Below are positions 8,543 to 17,875 of a stretch of 18,588 nucleotides of DNA, in pieces. Source of the stretch: Tolypothrix carrinoi HA7290-LM1 (GTDB lineage Bacteria; Cyanobacteriota; Cyanobacteriia; Cyanobacteriales; Nostocaceae); the NCBI GenBank assembly GCA_019358935.1, contig JAHHIK010000139.1:1-18588 (forward strand). The letters run 5' to 3'. Both the position numbers and the translations under genes were made by a program. Numbering within the stretch: the first letter of the stretch is position 1; every line of letters begins with the position of its first letter. The notes beneath the pieces are model-generated. The model was not told the origin of the DNA and made no database searches. It worked only from the letters and a program-made list of their open reading frames with translations.

Positions 8543-9940
8543 TTAAAGTTGAGGAGACACTTCCACAGGAGGAGTTTGTTGCAACCAATCCTTACCTAGC
8601 TGTATAGTGACATCAGAGCCGAGATTACCAGTACTTTCTACTCGCACTTCTCCAAAGCCTAAAGAGTTACGAATGGATTCGGCGCTGTTACCGTCTCCTT
8701 GTTGGGCGACGATGTGTGTCACTTCTAGAGGTTCACCCCAAGGTTTAGACACATAAACGTTGCGGTAGCCAGCTTTTTCGAGGCTTCTAATTAAAGGTCG
8801 TAGGTTTGAGCGATCGCCCCCGGTGCTATCCTGAATTGCTATTCGCAATGAACCTGGGTCAGTCGATTGTTGCTCATATGATGCATTCACATCAAAATTT
8901 TCAGCCATCATAGCCGCAATGCGATCGCGGTTTGGCAACCAATAGCTAGCCTCGTATTCATTCTTATCGCTAAAGCGACCGGGTACCATCAACATTTGCA
9001 TATTCGAGCGATTTGTTCGCGCTCCATAACCTACTAATGCTAACAACTCTTCAACGCTTAAGTTGGTGTCAATATGCTCTTTAACTACGTCGAGAACTTG
9101 CGGCAATTGAGCTAGTGTAGTTGGGTTGAGGCTTTGATCCATCAATGCCCGCATCACCATTTGCTGGCGCTGAATCCGACCAATATCGCCATTTTCATCA
9201 TGGCGATAGCGCAACAGTTGCAAAGCTTGATCGCCATTTAAATGCTGCTTCCCAGCTTTCAAGTTGATGTACAAATGCTGAGAATCATCTTGGTACTTCA
9301 TATCTTTGGGAACGTAAACCGTAACGCCTCCTAAGGCATCGATCAGCTTACCAACTCCCAAAACGTTAATTCGGATATAGCGATCGATTCCCACACCGTC
9401 CAAGAGATTACTAACGGTTTTCGCAGTTAAAGCTGGACCGCCATGAGTATTTGCCGAATTAATTTTTTTAATACCATGCCCCTCTATCTCTGTACGGGTA
9501 TCTCTAGGAACAGAAAGCATAACTAATTTTTTTTTCTCCGGATCGAATTTGATCAAGAGCATCACATCCGCAAGACCATCAAAGGAATTTACCTGAGGCA
9601 AGTACCTGAGATTTTTAGTTTCAGCGGGAGCGTTTTGAGTATCTGGCGGGAGTACGCTCATTCCCATAACTAATATATTGACGGGGCGAGTTAATTGAGA
9701 GAATCGCAGTCCTTGTCCGGAGATGCGATCGCTATCAAAAACTGCCGCTTCTTGGGGACTTAAAGAAGCTTGCATCAATGGTGTACTCGTTAAAGAAACA
9801 GCCAATAGCGCCCCGGCAGTGGCTGACACCATCGCAATACCGCTCATCCCCACCCAAAACCACAGCCACCGTCCTGATTTGGAATTTTTAGAATTATTGT
9901 TTCTATGGTCTTCTTGCGCCGAAGTTGTTTGAATGGTCAC
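8543..9940 (-). CDS. LCP (LytR-CpsA-Psr) family protein with C-terminal LytR_C-like domain
   Basis: N-terminal TM helix, SVPRDT, KINSAN, LRYRH and DIGRIQRQQ; C-terminal SDVTIQLGKDW. GTG 9940 has GAGGAAG upstream (9952 is an alternative start). Confidence 0.92.
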   Translation of the reverse strand: MTIQTTSAQEDHRNNNSKNSKSGRWLWFWVGMSGIAMVSATAGALLAVSLTSTPLMQASLSPQEAAVFDSDRISGQGLRFSQLTRPVNILVMGMSVLPPDTQNAPAETKNLRYLPQVNSFDGLADVMLLIKFDPEKKKLVMLSVPRDTRTEIEGHGIKKINSANTHGGPALTAKTVSNLLDGVGIDRYIRINVLGVGKLIDALGGVTVYVPKDMKYQDDSQHLYINLKAGKQHLNGDQALQLLRYRHDENGDIGRIQRQQMVMRALMDQSLNPTTLAQLPQVLDVVKEHIDTNLSVEELLALVGYGARTNRSNMQMLMVPGRFSDKNEYEASYWLPNRDRIAAMMAENFDVNASYEQQSTDPGSLRIAIQDSTGGDRSNLRPLIRSLEKAGYRNVYVSKPWGEPLEVTHIVAQQGDGNSAESIRNSLGFGEVRVESTGNLGSDVTIQLGKDWLQQTPPVEVSPQL

Positions 9941-10218
9941 GGACTTCCTCACACTTACTGATAAAACTCGGTAAATTTGTTACTTAAAAGCCGACAAATC
10001 AACCCATAATAGCTAACCCTTAATTATCAGTGCTAACTTTTCGATCTTTAGTGTTAACCAAAACACTTATAGCAGTATTTCTCCTTCTTTTCGGCAAATC
10101 CGGAGACGTTTTCTTGAAGTATGCTTGATTAAACCAGATTTGACTAGACCTGTTGGTAAATAATGTGTAGTTGGGAAAAAGATACGTGTAAATACGGTGT
10201 ACCGCATTTCATCATAAA

Positions 10219-10650
10219 TTAAGACAAATATTTATTAGTAACTCGGTTGGCAAAACGACTAAACCCTGCTATACGATTAGATTTGCCTTGAACTGTACGA
10301 ACAATTAACCAGGCGCTAACCAAAAAGTAACCAGAGGTGAGAAAGCTATTGACAAGCAGTAGGCGCAAGCTGAAAAATTCTCCGGTAACCGCTCCGGCTC
10401 CTAATAAGATATACCCCAAAAGCCAGGTAAGCGCCAGAGTAATTGACAGACGACTAATATTAAGTTGTTCCCGACTGCCTTGACGACGATAAAGAGTCCA
10501 CAACGAGGGGAAAAACCCGATGACCGGAACTAAATATAAAATTAACGGCAACACAGAAATGTTGGCATCCTCACTGGGGATGAAAAATAAGGCTGATTTT
10601 TCTTGACTTTCTGGCACAGATGATGAGTCATTGGGTTGTAAATTATTCAT
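10219..10650 (-). CDS. Hypothetical membrane protein (about 3 TM segments)
   Basis: 143-aa ORF with hydrophobic segments, co-oriented upstream of the LCP gene. Confidence 0.75.
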   Translation of the reverse strand: MNNLQPNDSSSVPESQEKSALFFIPSEDANISVLPLILYLVPVIGFFPSLWTLYRRQGSREQLNISRLSITLALTWLLGYILLGAGAVTGEFFSLRLLLVNSFLTSGYFLVSAWLIVRTVQGKSNRIAGFSRFANRVTNKYLS

Positions 10651-10759
10651 TTGGGTGAGTGCAATCCTAAACTAGAGAGATGTATGTCGGTCGTGCAGTC
10701 AGAGATAATAAGCTTTAAAGAATGATTTAATTTAGTTTTATCCCGCAATCGGCTGTCAT

Positions 10760-11917
10760 ATGCAGACACGCAAGCTTCTTAACTGGTGGCAAACACTAAC
10801 ACCAATAGCGCGAATCGGTGCGATCGCGCTGTTCGCACCGCTACTCGTGCTTAATGGTTGGGCGATTTCGGCAATTTTTGATTACTTTCACTCGTTGATA
10901 GTTATTTTAGTCGGAGCCTCAGTTTTAGCCTTTCTGCTTAACTATCCTGTGAGTTGGATAGAGCGTCAAGGTGGCAGACGCGAGCAAGTTGCTATTTTAG
11001 TCTTTTTACTTGCTTTATCGATTTTGTTGGCGTTAGGTGTGACGCTGATACCGCTAGCTTTGACGCAAGCGCAGCAACTAGTTGCGCGTATACCGGAGTT
11101 AATTGACTCTGGACGCTCTCAGTTAATGCTATTGAATGAGAAAGCAGATTCTCTTGGTTTCCCAATTAATCTGGAAGCTTTGGTATCACAAATCAACGAT
11201 CGCGTCAAAGGACAATTACAGGCGATCGCTTCACAAGTTCTGAATCTAGCTGTAGTTACCCTCACTAGCCTGCTAGACTTTCTCTTAACAATGGTTTTAA
11301 CTTTCTATCTGTTGCAGCATGGCGATGAACTCTGGCAAAGTTTGGTAGATTGGTTGCCTACCAAATTCCGAGAGCCTTTTTCTGATACAGTACGCCTCAG
11401 CTTTCAAAATTTCTTTATCACTCAGTTGATTATCTCAACTTGTATGGCTTCAGCCCTCATACCGACTTTTCTATGGCTGAAAGTGCCATTTGGTTTGCTG
11501 TTTGGCTTAACTATTGGCATTATGGCTCTCATTCCCTATGGCGGTTCTGTGGGTATCGCCTTAACTACCTTACTTGTAGCTTTACAAGATTTCTCGATGG
11601 GGGTAAGAGTATTGATTGCAGCCGTAATTGTACAACAAATTCTCGAAAACTTGATTGCTCCGCGAATTTTGGGGAGTTTTACCGGTTTAAATCCGGTTTG
11701 GCTGCTGGTTTCGGTTTTGACCGGTGCGAGAGTCGGCGGATTGCTAGGTGTAATTTTAGCAGTCCCAAGTGCAGTTGTAATTAAAACGGCTTTAAGCGCT
11801 CTGCGTCCTGGTGTTGGTAGCGATAGTATAGAAGAGGTAAATGCACTTGCTGGTACTGAAGAAAGCTCAAAAACTGAATCAAAAAATCTAAGCGTTTCTA
11901 AAGCCACATTGCCTTAA
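10760..11917 (+). CDS. AI-2E family transporter (PerM-like)
   Basis: LAFLLNYPV, LTFYLL, LIPYGG, QQILENLIAPRILG and GGLLGVILAVP motifs; polytopic. Confidence 0.92.
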   Translation: MQTRKLLNWWQTLTPIARIGAIALFAPLLVLNGWAISAIFDYFHSLIVILVGASVLAFLLNYPVSWIERQGGRREQVAILVFLLALSILLALGVTLIPLALTQAQQLVARIPELIDSGRSQLMLLNEKADSLGFPINLEALVSQINDRVKGQLQAIASQVLNLAVVTLTSLLDFLLTMVLTFYLLQHGDELWQSLVDWLPTKFREPFSDTVRLSFQNFFITQLIISTCMASALIPTFLWLKVPFGLLFGLTIGIMALIPYGGSVGIALTTLLVALQDFSMGVRVLIAAVIVQQILENLIAPRILGSFTGLNPVWLLVSVLTGARVGGLLGVILAVPSAVVIKTALSALRPGVGSDSIEEVNALAGTEESSKTESKNLSVSKATLP

Positions 11918-11946
11918 GGTAGTCAGCGTCATTCAAAATTCTTTTC

Positions 11947-12080
11947 TTACTTCCTTCCCGCGACAAGATTACCTATATTCTTCTTTCTTTTCTTCCTTTG
12001 TGTACTTCTCCTTCGGAGACGCTACGCGAACGTGTCTTTGCGGTTCGTTAATAGGTAATCTTTAAGCATGACAGGAGTAA
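11947..12080. mobile_element. MITE-like element with ~30-bp imperfect inverted ends and an internal hairpin repeat
   Basis: Perfect core AAGATTACCTAT (11965-11976) / ATAGGTAATCTT (12051-12062), extending imperfectly to TTAC...GTAA; internal TCTCC-TTC-GGAGA-CGCTACGCGAACG (12007-12032). Confidence 0.6.
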
Positions 12081-12093
12081 TGCGTGAATCATT

Positions 12094-13413
12094 TCACTGT
12101 GGCTCGACAATTGAACCCATAAATAAAACGCTACCTGTTTGATTATCCCTTACCGCACAGAAAAACGGACGGTCAACAATCATCCGAAATGGCTTTGGTT
12201 TCTCAACAGCTGAAGTTGCTACTATCCCCACAGAAGTCGCTGCTGCCGCTTCTGTACCTTCTTCATTTACCTCAACAAAGGTTTTATGTTTAACTTGGCT
12301 AATGGCAAGATTTTTACCCATAGCGGAAAAATTCGCTTTCGCGCTGAAAGCTTCTCCCATGCCTAAATCAGTAAGGGCATCGTTGAGAGTAATGTCATAA
12401 TTGATTTTAAAACGGGGCAAGCGAACAAATCCTTCTTGTTTGCTGAATTGAGCCATCCATTTTTCCCAGTTGTCAGAATTCAAGTTTTCATAAAAGGCTT
12501 TTGAGTTATTCTCTTTCGGCAAGAAAACATATAAGCTGATTTTACCATCTTTGCCGTAAGGTAAACTCACTGCTTGAAATTGTTCATTTTCTAAATATCT
12601 GTAGTCACCCGTTCGCGACATCATCGGGTGTTGTTTTTGTTTGTCAGATGCTATGTAAAAAGGATATTCAGCGGTTTGGTTTTTATCAAATTCGTTACTC
12701 CAGTTGCCTTTGAAGTAGATGGCATTAATTAGAAATAATACTTGCTCTGGTTCAATTGTTTCGACTATTTTGTTGATTTTGCCGCGTGTATTCTCATTTA
12801 CCCAAGTATTGATTATACCTGATGAACGCGAGTCTTTAAAGTCCAAATTTGTGACTTTAGCTTTGTAAAAATCTTTGTTTTTCTGGATAAATTCGGATTT
12901 AAAGCTAGTATCTTTGTTTGCCCAAAGCGAGTTAGCAATTGTTAGCTGCACTTTCGGGTCAGGATTTTCTAAAAGGATTTTTAAAGCGGCGTTAGAGGAG
13001 TTTATTTCTTCTAAACTTATGCCTTGTAACTCTAACGCTTTCGCCATTGCTTGCTGGGTAGAACCACTCGCACCATTGTAAGTCATGGCGAGAGCGATCG
13101 CTACACTAGAAGGAGAAATAAAAATGTTATCTTTGCTATCCTTTTTCAAAACTTCTGAAAACAGTTTGAAACTAAATTTTGTATTAGCCGCAACGACTTT
13201 TGTATCAGGTGTGACTGTTTTTTTAGTTGATGGTGATTCTGTCGGTAAAGGAGATTTCGCCAGCGCACTTGTACTGTCGTTGACCTGAGAACATCCTAAT
13301 ACACCCATAAGCATAACTCCTGCTGCTGCCAGAACATAACGTCTACCCAAGCGCACACCATAGCGTCTTTGGAGGAAATTTTCCTTCACACTATTAAATT
13401 TTTGTCGATGCAT
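12094..13413 (-). CDS. Serpin (serine protease inhibitor), predicted lipoprotein
   Basis: NIFISPSS, LINAIYFKGNW, LPRFK, hinge EEGTEAAAAT and DRPFF motifs; signal region RR-YVL, hydrophobic stretch, VLGC lipobox. Confidence 0.96.
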   Translation of the reverse strand: MHRQKFNSVKENFLQRRYGVRLGRRYVLAAAGVMLMGVLGCSQVNDSTSALAKSPLPTESPSTKKTVTPDTKVVAANTKFSFKLFSEVLKKDSKDNIFISPSSVAIALAMTYNGASGSTQQAMAKALELQGISLEEINSSNAALKILLENPDPKVQLTIANSLWANKDTSFKSEFIQKNKDFYKAKVTNLDFKDSRSSGIINTWVNENTRGKINKIVETIEPEQVLFLINAIYFKGNWSNEFDKNQTAEYPFYIASDKQKQHPMMSRTGDYRYLENEQFQAVSLPYGKDGKISLYVFLPKENNSKAFYENLNSDNWEKWMAQFSKQEGFVRLPRFKINYDITLNDALTDLGMGEAFSAKANFSAMGKNLAISQVKHKTFVEVNEEGTEAAAATSVGIVATSAVEKPKPFRMIVDRPFFCAVRDNQTGSVLFMGSIVEPQ

Positions 13414-13736
13414 TTTTCTACCTCACTCGCCAAATATTTTTTGTAAGCTGTCAGTCAAGATTGACCATTATTTATGTGTCAATTGTTAACTATCGCATTA
13501 AAAACAATAAAAATATAGAGCGGTTACAGTTTTTGCAACAGCTAAGTAAGTAATAGGAATTAAATACAACTTGTAAGTTATGCTAATTGTTAATTGCTCA
13601 TGAAAGCGACAATGCAGATTTATGCTGAATCAGCTTTATTTTTCTCGATTTTCTGCTTTTTTCTAAATTGTATTTGAAAATACGAAATGACAAAACAAAA
13701 CTAGTTTTTTTGTTAGTGGTAATAAATAAATCTGAA

Positions 13737-13925
13737 AATGGGTAATGGGTAATGGGTAATAGGGCATCGGGCAATGGGCAATTGTTTAATGGGCAATGGG
13801 AATAAAGACAAATTTCGATCTCAGCCCGATGCCCCATGCCCCATTCCCAATGCCCCATTCCCAATGCCCCATGCCCAATGCCCAATGCCCGATGCCCCAT
13901 GCCCCATGCCCCATTCCCAATGCCC
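13737..13925. repeat. Opposed heptamer arrays (AATGGG[T/C])n and (T[G/T]CCC[C/A]A)n
   Basis: G-rich units at 13737-13800 and C-rich units at about 13823-13925, abutting the subtilase stop codon. Confidence 0.93.
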
Positions 13926-15517
13926 TATTTACTAGATACACCCCACCAAGCTAAAGCGAAAGGCTGAACAGATTGGTTTACTTTTTGGCGAAACTGGACG
14001 CGGATTTTGTAATTGCCGGTAGCCGGAACAGGGCAGAAGATGTGTTCTACGCTATCAACTGAGCTGATGGAGGAGCAAACCGCACCTGTATTAGAATCTG
14101 ACGCATCAGCTTTGACTAGATACAAGTCGAGATTGTTTAAACCGCGATCGCGAAAATCCTCACCGACATCAAATGACTTGTTTTGATTTTTATCCTCTAG
14201 CTCTACCAACCGATCCCAGGCGAGAGTGACAGCAACAAAACTTCCTTGCACTAACGGCTTTGCTATGGTATAATCCACAGATGCCCCAGCATCCAATGTC
14301 CGATAATCCCAACCAATTGCAGGTACGGCAGCGGATGGACTTGATTGACCAAGACTAAATTGCTGGTAGGCACGAAATGCATTTAAGTGACCGGCTCCCA
14401 TTTGCGGATCGAGGGGAATTTTCGGATCGCTGTAAGCTAATGATGTCAGCCAGTCGCGATTTTGTTTATCAATAAGCGTCCGGCTCATTCCCAACCGCAA
14501 GCCATTACCAGTATCTTGAATTTTGTCTGCGGAATTTAGCAATACAGCTTTCATCACTTCATGACGGCGAGAGGCTATGCTCCAGTTAGGTTGTTTTGTC
14601 CGCAGTTGTTTGTCGCCAAATTCCTGCAACAAAGCAATAGTACCCGCTACGTGAGGCGCTGCAAAACTTGTACCCGTGACTTTGTTGACTTTGCCATCTG
14701 GATTAACCAAAGGAATATTACTCCCAGGAGCAACTAAACTAATAGAAGGACGCCCATCAAGATTAAACTCCTTTCCTGCTAGCCTAGTTGCCACTCCTTC
14801 GTTAGCAGCAGCCAAATTGGAAACATCAACTTTATTAAAAATGTTTCCTTTGCGAGAAGAGAAAGCAACGTTGATTGCATTAAAATTGTCTGTAGGGATG
14901 GGGATGCCTCCTTTACCTTGGTTGCCAGCGATCGCATACACAACATCATGAACCCGGCTCGACCAGTCAATACATAATGTTAGTAAAGCGTTACCATCTA
15001 AAGTCGCTTCCGGTCGCGGATCGCGGGTGAGAGGTTCACCAAAACTGAAGTTAATCGCGCGGACATCACCACCATTTTGCATTGCTACGTGCTGCGCCGA
15101 TAAACACTCTTCTGGCTGACCCATGTTTTTCGTCGAACCTACCGCAGATGAATATAGCCGCGCTCCTGGAGCTATACCCGGTAAAGCTTTGTCTCGACTG
15201 ACCATCACACCAGCCACATTGTAAGCGTGGGGGTCAACACCACTATTTGATTTAGCCGGTCTATTGCGTAAAAATACTCCTGCTAGCGATATCACTGTAT
15301 TTTTAGACACCGCTTTATCCCAGCCAAACTTTCCCGGACGCCCAATTTCAACTTGACCAATCGCAATCTTGCGACCAGTTAAGTTATATGGAGCTTTTTG
15401 TAATCTAAGAGCATCAATACCGTTAGTGCCGATAGAAGTAACTATAGCAGCGAGTGCCGGCGCACCGAAACAAGAAGCACTCAATCCCCAAATTATCCAG
15501 GTAAATTTTTTGACCAT
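13925..15517 (-). CDS. Secreted S8 (subtilase) serine peptidase, Glu-His-Ser type, with C-terminal beta domain
   Basis: IAIGQVEIG (E at the catalytic Asp position), DPHAYNVAG (His), AGNQG (oxyanion Asn), GTSFAAPHV (Ser); signal peptide ending APALA; start ATG 15517. Confidence 0.92.
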   Translation of the reverse strand: MVKKFTWIIWGLSASCFGAPALAAIVTSIGTNGIDALRLQKAPYNLTGRKIAIGQVEIGRPGKFGWDKAVSKNTVISLAGVFLRNRPAKSNSGVDPHAYNVAGVMVSRDKALPGIAPGARLYSSAVGSTKNMGQPEECLSAQHVAMQNGGDVRAINFSFGEPLTRDPRPEATLDGNALLTLCIDWSSRVHDVVYAIAGNQGKGGIPIPTDNFNAINVAFSSRKGNIFNKVDVSNLAAANEGVATRLAGKEFNLDGRPSISLVAPGSNIPLVNPDGKVNKVTGTSFAAPHVAGTIALLQEFGDKQLRTKQPNWSIASRRHEVMKAVLLNSADKIQDTGNGLRLGMSRTLIDKQNRDWLTSLAYSDPKIPLDPQMGAGHLNAFRAYQQFSLGQSSPSAAVPAIGWDYRTLDAGASVDYTIAKPLVQGSFVAVTLAWDRLVELEDKNQNKSFDVGEDFRDRGLNNLDLYLVKADASDSNTGAVCSSISSVDSVEHIFCPVPATGNYKIRVQFRQKVNQSVQPFALAWWGVSSK

Positions 15518-15741
15518 TGTCAATTGTTAGTTGTTATTTGTTAGTTGATGGGAATGGGTAATGGGGAATGGGGAATGGGTAATGGGTAATGGGTAATGGG
15601 GAATGGGGAATGGGGAATGGGTAATGGGTAATGGGATAAATTCTTCCAAGGAGTCCCCCTTGTCCCCCTTGTCCTCCTTGTCCCCCTTGTCTCCACGCCC
15701 GTCGCCCTTGTCCCCCTGTCTCCCCATTCCCCACTCCCCCA
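15517..15741. repeat. Composite repeat tract: (TTGTTAG)-like x4, (GG[G/T]AATG) x~12, (CCCCTTGTC)-like 9-mers, (TCCCCA[T/C]) units
   Basis: Directly visible in the subtilase/rpe divergent gap. Confidence 0.93.
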
Positions 15742-15781
15742 TCAACGCCGCATCAAATCGATGAGCGCTGGGTCAAGATTT

Positions 15782-15790
15782 TGTTACAAT
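15782..15790 (+). promoter_or_regulatory. Putative extended -10 promoter of rpe
   Basis: TG-n-TACAAT ending 37 bp before ATG 15828. Confidence 0.5.
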
Positions 15791-15827
15791 GCTCACAAGA
15801 CGAGGACGCTTAAATTTGCCACTAGCC

Positions 15828-16535
15828 ATGACCCAAAACCTATCTAAAAAGCCGATTGTAATTGCCCCATCTATCTTATCAGCCGATTTTAGTCGTCTTG
15901 GAGACGAAATTCGCGCCGTAGACGCGGCTGGAGCAGATTGGATTCATGTTGATGTAATGGACGGTCGTTTTGTACCTAATATTACGATAGGTCCTCTGGT
16001 TGTGGAGGCGATTCGTCCGGTGACGACAAAGCCTCTGGATGTCCACTTGATGATTGTGGAACCAGAAAAGTATGTTGAAGACTTTGCCAAAGCAGGGGCA
16101 GATCACATCTACGTTCATGCAGAACATAATGCTTCTCCTCACCTGCACCGTACTTTAGGGCAAATAAAAGAGCTTGGTAAGAAAGCTGGTGTTGTACTCA
16201 ACCCTGGTACTCCTTTAGAACTAATTGAATATTCTTTGGAATTGTGCGATTTAGTGTTAATTATGAGTGTTAACCCAGGCTTTGGCGGTCAAAGCTTCAT
16301 TCCTGGAGTCGTACCGAAAATCCGCAAGCTGCGCTCGATGTGCGATGAACGCGGTTTAGACCCGTGGATTGAAGTTGATGGGGGACTGAAAGCTAATAAT
16401 ACTTGGCAAGTTTTGGAAGCTGGTGCAAATGCGATCGTTGCTGGTTCAGCTGTGTTTAACGCTCCTGATTATGCTGAGGCTATTAAAGCTATTCGCAACA
16501 GTAAGCGTCCTTCGCCAGAACTAGCAAAAGTTTAA
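15828..16535 (+). CDS. rpe: Ribulose-phosphate 3-epimerase
   Basis: [32 protein letters not shown] and EVDGG motifs; start re-called at ATG 15828. Confidence 0.98.
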   Translation: MTQNLSKKPIVIAPSILSADFSRLGDEIRAVDAAGADWIHVDVMDGRFVPNITIGPLVVEAIRPVTTKPLDVHLMIVEPEKYVEDFAKAGADHIYVHAEHNASPHLHRTLGQIKELGKKAGVVLNPGTPLELIEYSLELCDLVLIMSVNPGFGGQSFIPGVVPKIRKLRSMCDERGLDPWIEVDGGLKANNTWQVLEAGANAIVAGSAVFNAPDYAEAIKAIRNSKRPSPELAKV

Positions 16536-16544
16536 CTCTAAGTG

Positions 16545-16661
16545 CCCAACACCCTAGAAGGGTGTGGCTACATGTACAAAGCCTGCCTCCGCAGGCTCAA
16601 ATCTTCATAGCCTGCCTCCGCAGGCTTTGTTTTTAGAGCCAGCGGCTTATAGCCTGTGGGG
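16545..16661. repeat. REP/REPIN-like palindromic doublet
   Basis: Two identical AGCCTGCCTCCGCAGGCT (16580-16597, 16609-16626) framed by ACAA/TTGT and GGCT/AGCC, plus a CACCCT-AGA-AGGGTG hairpin at 16550-16564; lies between convergent genes. Confidence 0.75.
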
Positions 16662-16691
16662 TATTTTGCACATTTTGGATGCTCATGTCAA

Positions 16692-17737
16692 TTAAAGCGT
16701 TTGATTTTTCTTCACCTGATTGGCAACTTGATATAGAGATTGTAGAGTTACTCCGTCAGTCGGATACTCAGCTAAACCAAAATCAAAGTTAACTTGAAAA
16801 CGGCTGCTATCTGGTGCGGTGAAGACTTGCTGCCGTAAAGTAGTCATAAATTCCCAGAAGCGATGTTTGACAGCAAGCTTTTCTGCGTCGATGTCTGCTG
16901 GTTGTTTGGTGAAAATCGGCATCGCTACGACAAACTCGCCGTTACCCCAGTATCCCAACACTTCTGCTTCCCGAAAAGCAGTCTGGAACAGATGACCCCA
17001 CCGCTGTAAAATATTATTGCCTGTAGTATGACCGTATTGGAGATTAATTTGTGGCAATTCTGTTAAAGCGAATATTGCCAAACAGAAAGAATTAGGAACA
17101 TTTGCATCTTCATCCTTTATACTTTTGATGAGAAGTTCTAAGTCACGGCTCGATTGAGCTTGATTTGCCAGTTTGGTTAAAGCGTCTTTGGTCGAGAGGT
17201 TTCGCAGTAAGCGAGAACGTTCTAGACGATTGGTGATTCGAGTTAGTAATTCCGCTGGTACAACTGGCTTGTTGAGGTAGTCGTCTGCACCAATGGTAAA
17301 TATTTGCTGGATGTAAGAGCGATCGCTCGATCGCAGTCAGAAACAAAATCGGCAATCCTTGCCATTGAGGGTCCGCACGAACTGCTTGACAAAGTTCAAT
17401 CCCACTAACTTGCGGCATATCTATATCTAAAATCAGCAAATCCGGAACAGTAGACCGCAGCACTTCCCAAAAACGTAAGGGGTCATCCAATCCCGTCATC
17501 CGTATACCCCAAGGTGACAACATCGGGCGCAGTGCTGCCAGAAATACCGGATCGTCATCTACTGCTAATATATTTCAGTCCCACATCCGTGAGAATTAAG
17601 TCATAGTTTGCACTTTGGGCATATTCCCAACCGCTTTGACCATCTTGAACTGCATCGACGATATAGTGCTGACTGGTAAGAGATTGCAACAGCACGTCAA
17701 GCAAAACTTCGTCATCTTCAATCAACAAAATTCGCAT
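16692..17737 (-). pseudogene. Decayed multi-domain response regulator (partial OmpR-type REC / REC / degenerate GGDEF)
   Basis: MRILLIEDD...LTDVGL breaks at about 17576 and continues out of frame as NILAVDDDPVFL...DIDMP...FLTA. A +1 frameshift near 17330 leads to SYIQQIFTIGADDYLNKP...KDALTKLAN, which is in frame with the 16692-17081 ORF (YGHTTGN, WGNGEF). Confidence 0.9.
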
Positions 17738-17777
17738 GGCATTTATGCGTACTTACCTTTGACAATTTTCTCATAAG

Positions 17778-17875
17778 TAGGAATGAGCGCAAAACTTTAG
17801 TTTTGTAGGGGCAATTCATGAAGGGTCCCCTACGTAAATTCAAGCTTTGACGACGACATGAGTGCGTAAGTCCTA
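17778..17875. mobile_element. MITE-like element containing a GTAG-type REP palindrome
   Basis: Right end TGCGTAAGTCCTA, degenerate left end TAGGAATGAGCGCA, internal GTAGGGG-caattcatgaagggt-CCCCTAC (17805-17833). Confidence 0.6.

Noticed and set aside
8286..8607. ORFs of 62 and 104 aa
   Set aside because: They span nested repeat elements, one overlaps the LCP gene end, and neither has protein-like motifs.
13598..13900. 100-aa ORF MGHRALGIGH...
   Set aside because: Translation of heptamer repeats.
15527..15745. GDK/GQG-repeat ORFs resembling collagen-like or Gly-rich peptides
   Set aside because: Translation of 9-mer and 7-mer DNA repeats, open in several frames.
2954..16148. Other short ORFs overlapping recognised genes (e.g. 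4118-4462, 5012-5350, 7119-7580, 11440-11784, 11536-11907, 14676-14951)
   Set aside because: Antisense or alternate-frame shadows of well-supported CDSs.
16692..17081. Stand-alone active diguanylate cyclase
   Set aside because: Motif is GNGEF and the frame is the tail of the pseudogene.
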